Shown one piece after another: positions 29,402-39,025 of a stretch of DNA of 64,000 nucleotides. The position numbers and the translations under genes are program-made. Origin of the DNA: Candidatus Thorarchaeota archaeon (GTDB lineage Archaea > Asgardarchaeota > Thorarchaeia > Thorarchaeales > Thorarchaeaceae); NCBI GenBank assembly GCA_008080745.1, contig SHMX01000001.1:159359-223358 (forward strand), in the 5' to 3' direction. Positions within the stretch are counted from its first letter, which is position 1, and every line of letters starts with the position of its first letter. Below the pieces are notes generated by a model, which saw only the letters and a list, made by a program, of their open reading frames with translations, was not told where the DNA came from and did no database searches.

Positions 29402-30205
29402 TTACTCTAAATCTTCGATGTCAACAATGCCATCTATACGTTTTGGAAATCCAAATCGCAAAAACATTATTGCAAAAAGACCTAACTGAACGAGTAGTAC
29501 GATGGGAACGACAAAACCAATTCCGCCAAGAACTAATGCAATGATCCCTTCAATCTGTCCATAACCTAGGTACTCTTGTAGAATTAAGAGTGATATGCCG
29601 AAAAAGACGGTGGTAAGTCCACCCAGCATCATTATAGTAAATCTAACAAGGAGATATCCAAAAATTTCAGAGTATACAATTAGTCCGGTTTCAGAATCAT
29701 AGTAAATTGGGTTACTACCGATTGAATTCAACCAGATTGCAGATCCTAAAAGAAGAGCTCCAGTTACAACCGAGAGAATACCAGTTAGAAGACCTATTCC
29801 TTCGTTATAATTTCTAGATACTGCAATAAACCCAATCGAAGAACCGAGAAAACCAATTGATAGTACAAAAAATGAATTTACTACCCACATGTAGTCTATG
29901 TTACAATAGAAATAGAATGCAACAGCCTCCCAAGTGGGTGAGAAAAATCTCGGCAGCCATCCAGATGATACAACAAGACTGAGAATTGGAAGAGTCAGCA
30001 AAATAGCAACCAAAGGGCCAATAGCGCCTATTTTGAATAAAATGGGACTAAATGTCTGTTTACTTTCTTCCACAGTTTGTCGTGCACAGGTTTTGTGTGC
30101 AATCCAGTCATTATATCTTACAATATCAGATTTCGCAATAGACTTCCCGCAAAAAATGCATGTCGCAGCAGTCTTTTTGTCCGAATCAACGGAGTCTTGA
30201 ACCAT
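29402..30205 (-). CDS. membrane protein with N-terminal zinc-ribbon
   Basis: 267 aa; CIFCGKSI...HKTCARQ followed by about 6 hydrophobic helices. Confidence 0.5.
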   Translation of the reverse strand: MVQDSVDSDKKTAATCIFCGKSIAKSDIVRYNDWIAHKTCARQTVEESKQTFSPILFKIGAIGPLVAILLTLPILSLVVSSGWLPRFFSPTWEAVAFYFYCNIDYMWVVNSFFVLSIGFLGSSIGFIAVSRNYNEGIGLLTGILSVVTGALLLGSAIWLNSIGSNPIYYDSETGLIVYSEIFGYLLVRFTIMMLGGLTTVFFGISLLILQEYLGYGQIEGIIALVLGGIGFVVPIVLLVQLGLFAIMFLRFGFPKRIDGIVDIEDLE

Positions 30206-30468
30206 TTCTTTTCATCTCAGCATAAAATATGATACAATTTCAATGCTAGTATACTATTAACCCGAACAAAGAAAAATATATGGCAAATCAATAATCAAAT
30301 CATTTTCTCGATGATAACATCATAATACAGTGTCAATATTAGCTGGGTAAGAGGAGGAACATACAAGATAAGATATTCAAGAGGATAATCAAATGTATTG
30401 GAGCACATAATACTCCCGGATACAAATGTGCTCCTTTTGTTTTGAAAAGGGAGCGATTTCGCTCCTCT

Positions 30469-31536
30469 CTAGATTCCAAGATGAGAAAGATTCAGGGCTT
30501 CGCCAATTATACGCTCAACCAAAGCTATCTTTTCTTTATTCTCGGGAGTAACAGTAGCAACGAGATTGTCAACAATTTGACCAGTAGTATAAGTGTCATG
30601 TGCGGTCATGATAATGGGGATACCAAGTTCTTTCGCACGAGAAACGGTTCTGATATCGGGACCCATTCCACCAGTCAGAATAAGCAGATTAGTGTCAGTC
30701 TCCATTGCTGCGAGACAGATATCACTGCGATCTCCGCTTGTGATAACAGCCTTATGTTTAGCACGACGGAACCATTTTAGGGCGTTCTCAGGAGCCATAC
30801 TGCCCACCATGAATTGATCCACAATAACTGAATCAATATGGTCTTCACCAGTGATAATCTGTCCATCTAATGCTCTGAGTATCTCTCGAACCGACGGACT
30901 GAATAGTTCACGGTTCTGATATATTGCACCACCATAATGCATTCCATTTTCTTCAATAAATTCACGAATATGATTATGAATAGTACCCTTCAACATGGGT
31001 GGGACTAGGTTCAAAACGACGGTTATTTCCTCCACACCATAACTCTTGAAGAATTCACGTTGAAGAAGGATATCATCAATTGCTGTTATATCGGGAAAAT
31101 TGACCAAACAAATTACTGAGGCTTCTAGTTTGGTGGCTATTTGAGCAGTGGATAGACCGACATGAAGTAAATGCCACGGAGCCTTGGTTCCCTCGATAAG
31201 CATTATATCTTTTCCACTTGATAATTTAGTATAACAGGTCATTATTTGATCAAGTAATTTATCGTGACCAGCCCGTAGGAATTCGTCATAGCTTGATTTT
31301 GTCCTTATTATGGGGCAGATGCAGGACACTTCAGATTTCAATTCGAGAACGCTCTTCATCACAACTGCATCCTCATCCGCATCATGATCAATTGTACTAT
31401 GGTCGAAACTCTTTGTTCCAACTGGTTTGAAATAACCAACTTCTTTCCCGGCAGTTCGCAACTTAGCAGCAATGCCCAATGCGATTAGTGTCTTTCCTGT
31501 GATTGTGTCGCCTGTAATCACTATGTTCTTGACCAT
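30469..31536 (-). CDS. DRTGG-domain protein (phosphotransacetylase N-terminal domain-like, P-loop NTPase fold)
   Basis: MVKNIVITGDTITGKTLIALGIA start with GGAGG 9 nt upstream; resembles the CobQ/MinD-like plus DRTGG N-terminal module of Pta; 1-nt gap to the upstream gene stop. Confidence 0.6.
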   Translation of the reverse strand: MVKNIVITGDTITGKTLIALGIAAKLRTAGKEVGYFKPVGTKSFDHSTIDHDADEDAVVMKSVLELKSEVSCICPIIRTKSSYDEFLRAGHDKLLDQIMTCYTKLSSGKDIMLIEGTKAPWHLLHVGLSTAQIATKLEASVICLVNFPDITAIDDILLQREFFKSYGVEEITVVLNLVPPMLKGTIHNHIREFIEENGMHYGGAIYQNRELFSPSVREILRALDGQIITGEDHIDSVIVDQFMVGSMAPENALKWFRRAKHKAVITSGDRSDICLAAMETDTNLLILTGGMGPDIRTVSRAKELGIPIIMTAHDTYTTGQIVDNLVATVTPENKEKIALVERIIGEALNLSHLGI

Positions 31537-31537
31537 T

Positions 31538-33655
31538 CTAGCTGCCTCCAATGGTAATCTTTACATCTACCGCGGAAATACCCTTTCCTTTCTCATAAGC
31601 AAAACATGGGTTGATATCTAATTCCACTATTTCCTCAAAATCTGTGACCAACTGGCTTATCCGAAGAATAGTATCTTCAATTGCTTTGATATCACTCGGT
31701 GGTTCTCCACGTACCCCTTTCAGAAGGGTGCCCATCTTAGTATCATCAATCAACTCTTGGACATCCGTCCGTGTCATTGGTGCTAATCTAAAGGATATGT
31801 CTTTTAGATAATTAACAAAGATACCCCCTGCACCAAACATAATCATAGGACCGAACTGAATATCTCTAGAACAGCCAATAATGACTTCTTTACCCTTCTC
31901 AGCCATTTCTTGCACATCGACACCATAAACAATTGCTTTAGGTCTGTGAGTCTGGGCATTTTCCAATATCTCAAGAAATGCTTGTTCGACCTCCTCCGGT
32001 GTCTCAAGGCCTATTCGAATACCCCCAATATCGCTCTTATGTACAATATCGGGACTAGCAATCTTCAGAACTACCGGATATCCTAGCTCATTAGCAAGAT
32101 CCACTGCCTCTTCTGAACTAGTTGCTAATCGAATCTTGGCAACCTGAATTCCATATGCCTCAGCTATAGCATGAGCCTCACTACCAAGAAGAACAGTACG
32201 GTTATCTTCACGTACCTTCTCAATGATTTCTGCAACTTCCTTCTTCTTCACTCTAAACTTGGGGATGGTTTCGTCTTTCAAACTATCTCGATGTACCGTG
32301 TATTTGTACAACTCCGCTAAAGCATAGACCGCTCGTTCTGGAAAGTCGAAAACTGGAATATCACCCTCATTAAGAACAATGCGAGGATACACCATGGAGT
32401 TTCCACCCATAAATACAGCAACAAGAGGTTTTCCCGGGAATTTTTTGTGCGATTCCACTAGTATTTGGGCTGTGCCAGTCTCATCGGTCATAGCTTGGGG
32501 AGTAACCAATACAATGACGGAATCTACATTCTCATCAGCAAGTGCAGTCTCGACACATAGTTCGTAGTCCTCAGGTTGTGCGGTTCCTAGTGCGTCAATT
32601 GGATTATAGACCGCTGCCGCGGGGGGAAGTCCCTCTTTTAGAACTTCAATTGATTGTGGAGTAAGCTTTGCAATCTCAAGGCCATTGGATTCACAGGCAT
32701 CTGTGGTAAGAATACCAGGACCACCAGCATTAGTAACAATGGCAACACGATTACCTGCTGGAAGATGCATATCATCAAAGACATTAGCTACATCGAATAG
32801 ATTAGCCATACTTTCTGCTCTGCTCACTCCCGATTGTTTAAATGCCACGTCATATGCAGTATCACTTCCAGCTAAAGAACCAGTATGAGATGAAGCTGCT
32901 CTTGCTCCAGCTTCACTAACACCCGATTTCACCACGAAGATGGGCTTTTTCGGTACAACCTTTTTGCACGCCTCCATGAATTTTCGACCATCTACAACAG
33001 ATTCAATGTAAAGTAGAATGAACGTTGAATCAGGGTCGCTCCCAAATGCCTCAATGAAATCGGCCTCATCCAAATCTGCCTTATTTCCAAGGCTGACAAA
33101 CTTCGAGAAACCGATCTTTTCCATGAGGCTCCAGTCAAGGATTCCTGTCATCAGAGCTCCTGATTGAGATGCAAAGGCGATGGTACCCTTTGAGGGGGTT
33201 CCAGCTGAAAAGGATGCATTATAGGGAGCACTGGTATTGATAATTCCAAGACAATTAGGTCCTTGAATGACCATATCATATTTCTTTGCAAGTTCTACCA
33301 GTTTCTTTTCTGCTTCTTGTCCCTCATGTCCAATTTCTTTGAAGCCAGCGGTTATGATAACAAGAGCCTTAACTCCTTTTTCGCCACACTCTTCAACAAC
33401 AGGAAGAACAAATCTAGCGGGAATGACAATAACTGCAACATCAACATCTCCAGCTATATCTCCAACTTTACGGTAGACCTTCAAACCAAGAATTTCTCCA
33501 CCCTTTGGATTTATGGGGTATATCCTTCCTTGAAAGCCACTCTCAATTAGGTTTCTCAGAACATCATTTCCTAGTTTACCTTTAGTTTCCGAGGCACCGA
33601 TTACTGCGATTGAACGCGGATTGAATAAAACATCGATTAGTTCTTGGCGGTCCAT
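31538..33655 (-). CDS. acetate--CoA ligase (ADP-forming), fused alpha/beta subunits
   Basis: 705 aa; N-terminal CoA-binding LFNPRSIAVIGASETKGKLG, central succinyl-CoA-synthetase-like domain, C-terminal ATP-grasp. Confidence 0.85.
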   Translation of the reverse strand: MDRQELIDVLFNPRSIAVIGASETKGKLGNDVLRNLIESGFQGRIYPINPKGGEILGLKVYRKVGDIAGDVDVAVIVIPARFVLPVVEECGEKGVKALVIITAGFKEIGHEGQEAEKKLVELAKKYDMVIQGPNCLGIINTSAPYNASFSAGTPSKGTIAFASQSGALMTGILDWSLMEKIGFSKFVSLGNKADLDEADFIEAFGSDPDSTFILLYIESVVDGRKFMEACKKVVPKKPIFVVKSGVSEAGARAASSHTGSLAGSDTAYDVAFKQSGVSRAESMANLFDVANVFDDMHLPAGNRVAIVTNAGGPGILTTDACESNGLEIAKLTPQSIEVLKEGLPPAAAVYNPIDALGTAQPEDYELCVETALADENVDSVIVLVTPQAMTDETGTAQILVESHKKFPGKPLVAVFMGGNSMVYPRIVLNEGDIPVFDFPERAVYALAELYKYTVHRDSLKDETIPKFRVKKKEVAEIIEKVREDNRTVLLGSEAHAIAEAYGIQVAKIRLATSSEEAVDLANELGYPVVLKIASPDIVHKSDIGGIRIGLETPEEVEQAFLEILENAQTHRPKAIVYGVDVQEMAEKGKEVIIGCSRDIQFGPMIMFGAGGIFVNYLKDISFRLAPMTRTDVQELIDDTKMGTLLKGVRGEPPSDIKAIEDTILRISQLVTDFEEIVELDINPCFAYEKGKGISAVDVKITIGGS

Positions 33656-33887
33656 CTGCTATAACTCCATCCCAAGAGTCTTCACGTTCATTCGAATTCA
33701 TACTTTGTTATAATTGCTATGCTAATGGCTAATATGAAAGAGAATTGTTGGAAAAATTCGAGCTTCTTAATATAACCGAGTAATACTAGGTATCAAATTT
33801 ACGTATGACCCAGAGAATATCTAGCGAATATGGACGTATCTTACCAAAAATACAGGGGTAAGATAACAAATTTGCGGAGAGGAAAAA

Positions 33888-34028
33888 ATGAAACTTGTAA
33901 CACTACACTGCCCATCACAATATCTGGAGGGTTTAGAGAAGCTTGTTGAGAGTGGCCTCTATCCTAACAGATCTGAGGCTATTCGAATTGCAATTCGAGA
34001 CCTATTGAAGAGAGAATTATGGGGTTAA
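33888..34028 (+). CDS. ribbon-helix-helix (CopG/Arc family) transcriptional regulator, 46 aa
   Basis: Not in the ORF track (below 60 aa); MKLVTLHCPSQYLEGLEKLVESGLYPNRSEAIRIAIRDLLKRELWG matches the RHH strand plus SRSEAIR helix signature; weak hairpin and T-run follow at 34028..34044. Confidence 0.6.
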   Translation: MKLVTLHCPSQYLEGLEKLVESGLYPNRSEAIRIAIRDLLKRELWG

Positions 34029-34194
34029 AGGCATTTTTTGCCTTCCCCATTTGTCTTTTCATATTAACGGCCAAGGAAGTTTAATATTCATTCATATCAG
34101 CTCTGATTCTTAGAGAGGATGAAAACCCTCCAATTGTGCATTGAGGACAGACATAAAAGCAGAGGTTTCCGATTTGAAAGTGGGTTCGTCCCTT

Positions 34195-35133
34195 ATGGCA
34201 TCAATGGATGATGACGACAAGGGATTAGTGAAAGGTTGTCCATGCTACAAAGAATTTGGGAAGGACCAAGTTTGCGTGAACAACGACGATGTCCAACCAG
34301 TTAGTACTATAATTGTAGACCCTACATTTTTCCCAGCTGATTCCGTTGAAGATCTTGAGGAATTTAAAAGCGATAACGAGAGCATGTGTTATCTTTTGAT
34401 TTATTTAGACGATACATCAGACACTGCTTATTGTGTTAGTCAGGGAAAACGAATCAAGATCAACAATCGGCCTGTACGAGCATCGGACATTCGAGAAGCA
34501 CTTCAATTTGTGACAGCAACCGAAAAGGCAGGTTCAGGTGTCATATGCTCCACTTGTCTCTACAAGTACCTTGTGACTATGGGAGATGTGTTCGAGGACC
34601 TTCTTAATGAAACAGAAAGAGCCAAAGTAATTTCGGAATATATACAGAAAATTGCAGCCAAAATGGCGGTAGATATGACGAATGCTACTGAAGAGCAAAT
34701 GGCTGATAAAGAAAGCTATAATCAACATCTAAAAGAATACATCAAACAACTCATAAACATCAGAAGTGAATGGTCTTCACTAATATTTCTATATCAGAAA
34801 AAGGATACGAATCAAGACCTTCTAGATCTAATGGAACAGTATCGTACTTTATCCCGTCTTGAGGGTATTTTTCTATTCCAAGTCCTTACTTTGCGAGATG
34901 CTACTGATGAGCTTGTAGCATTAGGCCTATTACGATTCATGATTGAAGTTGCAGAAAAGGTAGTAAAGGTTATTGATGATATTAGAGATGGACATTTGAA
35001 AATCCAGCCGCTAAAGAAAATACCAACAGATATCAAAGAGATGCTGAAGGAAGAGAATAGCCGAAGAATGACAATAGAACAGAGATTTACTAATGTTCTA
35101 AAAGTATTGAGCCAAGTAGATGTTGGAGCCTAA
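34195..35133 (+). CDS. hypothetical Cys-motif protein, paralog 1
   Basis: GCPCYKEFGKDQVCVNNDD...CVSQG...VICSTCLYKYL; the ORF track begins at an upstream TTG (34141), so the first ATG is used here. Confidence 0.5.
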   Translation: MASMDDDDKGLVKGCPCYKEFGKDQVCVNNDDVQPVSTIIVDPTFFPADSVEDLEEFKSDNESMCYLLIYLDDTSDTAYCVSQGKRIKINNRPVRASDIREALQFVTATEKAGSGVICSTCLYKYLVTMGDVFEDLLNETERAKVISEYIQKIAAKMAVDMTNATEEQMADKESYNQHLKEYIKQLINIRSEWSSLIFLYQKKDTNQDLLDLMEQYRTLSRLEGIFLFQVLTLRDATDELVALGLLRFMIEVAEKVVKVIDDIRDGHLKIQPLKKIPTDIKEMLKEENSRRMTIEQRFTNVLKVLSQVDVGA

Positions 35134-35198
35134 AAATCAACAATAAGAACACCTATTAGAATTAGTATCCATTTTGAAATTGATTAGTTAATGGGGCA

Positions 35199-36176
35199 GT
35201 GCCAATCTTGTTAGAAAGCCAAAAATCCACAGAACAGCAAGGTGAAATCAGACTTGTAAGAGGGTGCCCTTGCTTCAAGGTTTTTGGCGATGAGAAACTA
35301 TGTGTCAATGATGATGAGATATTAGAAGTAGATGCGATTGAAGTTCATCCATCTCTCTTTGCATTTCACTCCAATCGTGAAGGGATGAAACAAGAGATGG
35401 CAAAAGAGGATAATGTATGCTATTGTGCCATATATATCAACTACCCAGATAACAAAGTCTATTGTATATCCCAAGGATGGGTGCTAAGAATTCATGGAAA
35501 GGATGTTCCTGGAACAGACTTAGAAGATGCGCTCCAATTTCTATCGACAAAAGACATGGATGCTAGTGCTGAAATCTGCTCTGAATGTCTCTATAAATTT
35601 CTCCTCACACTAAGTGACATATTTGCTGACATGATGAGTAAGAAAGAAAAGACGGATGAGATTAAGCGTTATGTAGATAAATTCTCCCTCATGATTGCAG
35701 TTAAGCACAGTCAGATGGAGGGCATGAAACCTATTGGTACTGAAGATGACATAGAAGAGGGTGTTGATCATTTTGGTTTTCTTAGAGAATATCTAGTCCA
35801 ATTAATAAATCAACAGAAAGCATGGTCTCAGCGTGCGGAAAATACTGATGACACGGATATAGGAGAATGGAAACAAAAACTCTTCAAGATGCGAGAGAAA
35901 CTTGCTCGGTTGGAATTCCAATTCTACAGTCAGACCCTACAATTACGTGATATCAATGATTTCCACCTTCTCATCAAAATGCTGGAGTATATCCTTCATT
36001 CATCTGATGAGATACTAAATCTGAATGAAGAAATTCACTCTGAAATAAGAAGTAAGCAATTTCAGGAACTTGTCGATGATGATGAACAGCTTGCTTCCTT
36101 GTCTGAGTATGCAGAGAAGAGCCGAACTGTTGAACATAATTTTGGAAACATTCTTCAAATTCTCAGCCGACTCTAA
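35199..36176 (+). CDS. hypothetical Cys-motif protein, paralog 2
   Basis: GCPCFKVFGDEKLCVNDDE...CISQG...EICSECLYKFL, collinear with paralog 1; GTG start. Confidence 0.5.
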   Translation: MPILLESQKSTEQQGEIRLVRGCPCFKVFGDEKLCVNDDEILEVDAIEVHPSLFAFHSNREGMKQEMAKEDNVCYCAIYINYPDNKVYCISQGWVLRIHGKDVPGTDLEDALQFLSTKDMDASAEICSECLYKFLLTLSDIFADMMSKKEKTDEIKRYVDKFSLMIAVKHSQMEGMKPIGTEDDIEEGVDHFGFLREYLVQLINQQKAWSQRAENTDDTDIGEWKQKLFKMREKLARLEFQFYSQTLQLRDINDFHLLIKMLEYILHSSDEILNLNEEIHSEIRSKQFQELVDDDEQLASLSEYAEKSRTVEHNFGNILQILSRL

Positions 36177-36181
36177 TTTTT

Positions 36182-37141
36182 CTAAGAAACGTCACCAAAT
36201 TCGGACACTAACCATTTCACATACTTACGAATACCATCTTCCAATTTCGTAGAGGACTTCCATCCAAAGGATTTGAGTAATGAAATGTCAATATCAGTAA
36301 TGGTAACGTCGCCTTTCCAACCACGTTTTGTTCCGGTATACTCAATTTTTGCATCCGGAAGGCCAAGGCTATCTGTGACAAGCTCTGCAATTCTTTTCAC
36401 AGTCAAACGTTCACCAGAACCCACATTAACAGGTGTATAACCAGATTTCATTTTTTGGTCCAGTAAACAAACAGCATCTACCGTATCCTCTACGTACATG
36501 TATGCCTTCTCCTGTGTTCCATCTCCCAACACCTCCAATCTGGTAGAGTCTCTTTTCAATTTCATATAGAAATCGTATATTACTCCATGAGTGGATCGTG
36601 GACCAATGATGTTGGCAAAACGGCAGCTTATCGCATGAATGTCATACAATTCTGTAAATGAAGAGAGATACATTTCAAAGGCACCCTTAGCCGCTCCATA
36701 GTTGCTGATGGGCCGGAAAGCAACAGATTCAGGGGTGGGAAATATATCAGTTTCACCATAAACTGTTCCACCCGATGATGCAAAAAGTATGCGCTTTACA
36801 TCATTTCTTCTCATACAATCGAGGAGATTCATGCTTCCGGAAACATTGATTTCAAAATCCCAAATCGGTCGATCCACACTTAGACGCACATCAGGTTGAG
36901 CAGCAAAATGAAATACTGTAGAAACATCATCAAGTGCCCTTGTAACATCCGTATCAGAGGTGATTGATCCCTCGATGAAAGTGAATCTATCATTGTCTTT
37001 GTGAGCATCTATGTTTTCTAGTCTTCCCTCAGAAAGATCGTCCAAAACTACAACTTCATTTTCTTCTATCAGTCGGTCAACTAGATGGCTACCAATGAAA
37101 CCAGCGCCTCCAGTTACAAGTACTCTTCTCATTTGAACCAT
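36182..37141 (-). CDS. NAD-dependent epimerase/dehydratase (UDP-glucose 4-epimerase-like)
   Basis: RRVLVTGGAGFIGSHLVDRL Rossmann motif and short-chain dehydrogenase YxxxK region (NYGAAKGA); start may be 3 codons inside. Confidence 0.8.
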   Translation of the reverse strand: MVQMRRVLVTGGAGFIGSHLVDRLIEENEVVVLDDLSEGRLENIDAHKDNDRFTFIEGSITSDTDVTRALDDVSTVFHFAAQPDVRLSVDRPIWDFEINVSGSMNLLDCMRRNDVKRILFASSGGTVYGETDIFPTPESVAFRPISNYGAAKGAFEMYLSSFTELYDIHAISCRFANIIGPRSTHGVIYDFYMKLKRDSTRLEVLGDGTQEKAYMYVEDTVDAVCLLDQKMKSGYTPVNVGSGERLTVKRIAELVTDSLGLPDAKIEYTGTKRGWKGDVTITDIDISLLKSFGWKSSTKLEDGIRKYVKWLVSEFGDVS

Positions 37142-37174
37142 GTCAAGGGAACCAGAGAAAGCGAATAAGTCTTA

Positions 37175-37786
37175 CTAGGCATAGAATACAGGTGATTCTA
37201 GAATTGATTTTATGAATAGTCTAACAGTGTGTCGTTTATTGATGCTATTCCAATCCTTGACAAAATCAGTGTATATGCTCAGGTTCTCTAATACTTCAGT
37301 TCCCACTGCCTCAAGATATGATTTTTTCACTGCATTCCCCAATCCAATACCAGGGCAGATATCCTTCATTGCATTCAGACCCCAAACCAGTTCTCCTGAC
37401 TTTCTTTGAAAAGAAAAGGGAAATGAAGCACAGACTGCAGGTCTGACGGGGTGAATCATGCATTTGTTATCCTTTAGAAAAATACAAGATCCGTCCTCCA
37501 TTTTTTTCAAAGCCATGTAGGCAGGACCCTTCTCTGTTGTTACAAGCGGAAAGTCCCTCATGCCTTCAGGAGTAGCACGGTCCCCTTTAAGTAGATAAAA
37601 ATCGAGAGCTTTTAGAATCTCATCGGGGCCGAAATCTAATACTCTTGCAATCCTTACAATATCCGTGCCAGTTACAGTAATGACCAAATTTTCTACTTTA
37701 CAACATCGACCACACATGATACATTCAAAATGTAAATCCACAGAATCGGAATTTTTGGAATCACCAGCTGTCAGAAAAATCACCAT
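37175..37786 (-). CDS. YkgJ/UPF0153-family protein (CxxCxxCC zinc- or iron-chelating domain)
   Basis: 203 aa; CIMCGRCCK motif plus downstream CPGIG and C-x-x-C pairs. Confidence 0.55.
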   Translation of the reverse strand: MVIFLTAGDSKNSDSVDLHFECIMCGRCCKVENLVITVTGTDIVRIARVLDFGPDEILKALDFYLLKGDRATPEGMRDFPLVTTEKGPAYMALKKMEDGSCIFLKDNKCMIHPVRPAVCASFPFSFQRKSGELVWGLNAMKDICPGIGLGNAVKKSYLEAVGTEVLENLSIYTDFVKDWNSINKRHTVRLFIKSILESPVFYA

Positions 37787-39024
37787 TATCTAAGAGTCTG
37801 ACAATATTTTTTCAAGTGAGAAAGGCCTTCCTCTATAATATCAATAGATGTAGCATAAGAGAATCGGAGATTGTAATCAAAATGCTCACCAAATATTTTT
37901 CCTGGTGTGCAGGTCACACCAGTATCTTGTAAAATCTGCTCAGCTAACTCTTCTGATGGGATTCCGTAGGCAGAAAAATCAGGAAATACGTAGAAGGCAC
38001 CCATTGGGTTTACACATGTTACATCTGGAATAGAACAGAAAATTTCAGTAATCCTGTTTCTTCTCTCTTGATATGATGCCCTCATCTCATCAATGAAGCT
38101 TTGGTCGCCTTTTAGAGCCTCTACACCAGCATATTGGACAAAGGAAGTTGCACAGGATGTGGTATTTTGTTGAATTCGAACCATATTACTAATAGTTTCA
38201 GGATTACCAACAGCATATCCCAGACGCCATCCTGTCATTGCATAGGCTTTGGAGAACCCATTAATCACAAGGGTCCGTTCCATTGCAGGGTCGATTTCCA
38301 ACATGGATATCTGCTTAAAACCTTCATACACAAGAGACTCGTATATCTCATCACTGAATATCACGAAATCATGATCACTGGCTAAATCAAAGATGATTTT
38401 CAAATCCTCACGGGATAATACCCCGCCCGTTGGATTATTAGGACTGTTAATCACTATACAGGTAGTCTTGCTAGTGATTTTCTCCTTGATTGCTTCTTCA
38501 TTTATGGTATAACGTGAATCAGTTACCACATCAATAGGTTTTCCACCAGCATGCTCAATCATGACTCTATAGCTGGGCCATGCAGGTGTTAGAAGCATTA
38601 CGTCGTCTCCTTTGTCTATAGTAGATAAAAAGCCCATGAACAATGCCATTTTTGCTCCAGGCGTTACGATTACATTCTTTCTACCAGACACACCGATACC
38701 TCTAGCCGCGTACAAATCACGAATTGCGTCAAGTATTGGATTAATTCCTCTGGCTGAAACATAACGAGTAAGACCACCATGAAGTGCTTCTACTGCAGCT
38801 TCAACAATATTGGGAGGAGTTGGAAAATCGGGTTGTCCAACTTCAAAATGGTATATCTTGCGTCCTTCAGATTCAAGACGACTTGCTAGCTCAAATATCT
38901 TGAGTGTGCCAGAGGCAGGGATTCTGCGCATGTGATGAGATGTCCAGTCCATGGGAGTACCACCTAGATGCCGAACAATATCAATCCAATTACAATGAAC
39001 ATAAATTGTTTGTGGATATGTCAT
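37786..39024 (-). CDS. PLP-dependent aminotransferase, class I/II (aspartate aminotransferase-like)
   Basis: 412 aa; FSKAYAMTGWRLGY with lysine in the SKA context, NPTG motif. Confidence 0.8.
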   Translation of the reverse strand: MTYPQTIYVHCNWIDIVRHLGGTPMDWTSHHMRRIPASGTLKIFELASRLESEGRKIYHFEVGQPDFPTPPNIVEAAVEALHGGLTRYVSARGINPILDAIRDLYAARGIGVSGRKNVIVTPGAKMALFMGFLSTIDKGDDVMLLTPAWPSYRVMIEHAGGKPIDVVTDSRYTINEEAIKEKITSKTTCIVINSPNNPTGGVLSREDLKIIFDLASDHDFVIFSDEIYESLVYEGFKQISMLEIDPAMERTLVINGFSKAYAMTGWRLGYAVGNPETISNMVRIQQNTTSCATSFVQYAGVEALKGDQSFIDEMRASYQERRNRITEIFCSIPDVTCVNPMGAFYVFPDFSAYGIPSEELAEQILQDTGVTCTPGKIFGEHFDYNLRFSYATSIDIIEEGLSHLKKYCQTLR

Positions 39025-39025
39025 A

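Noticed and set aside
30442-30780. 112-aa plus-strand ORF overlapping the 3' end of the DRTGG gene
   Set aside because: Overlaps a well-supported gene on the other strand and has no start context; the upstream hairpins are better explained as terminator or RNA structure
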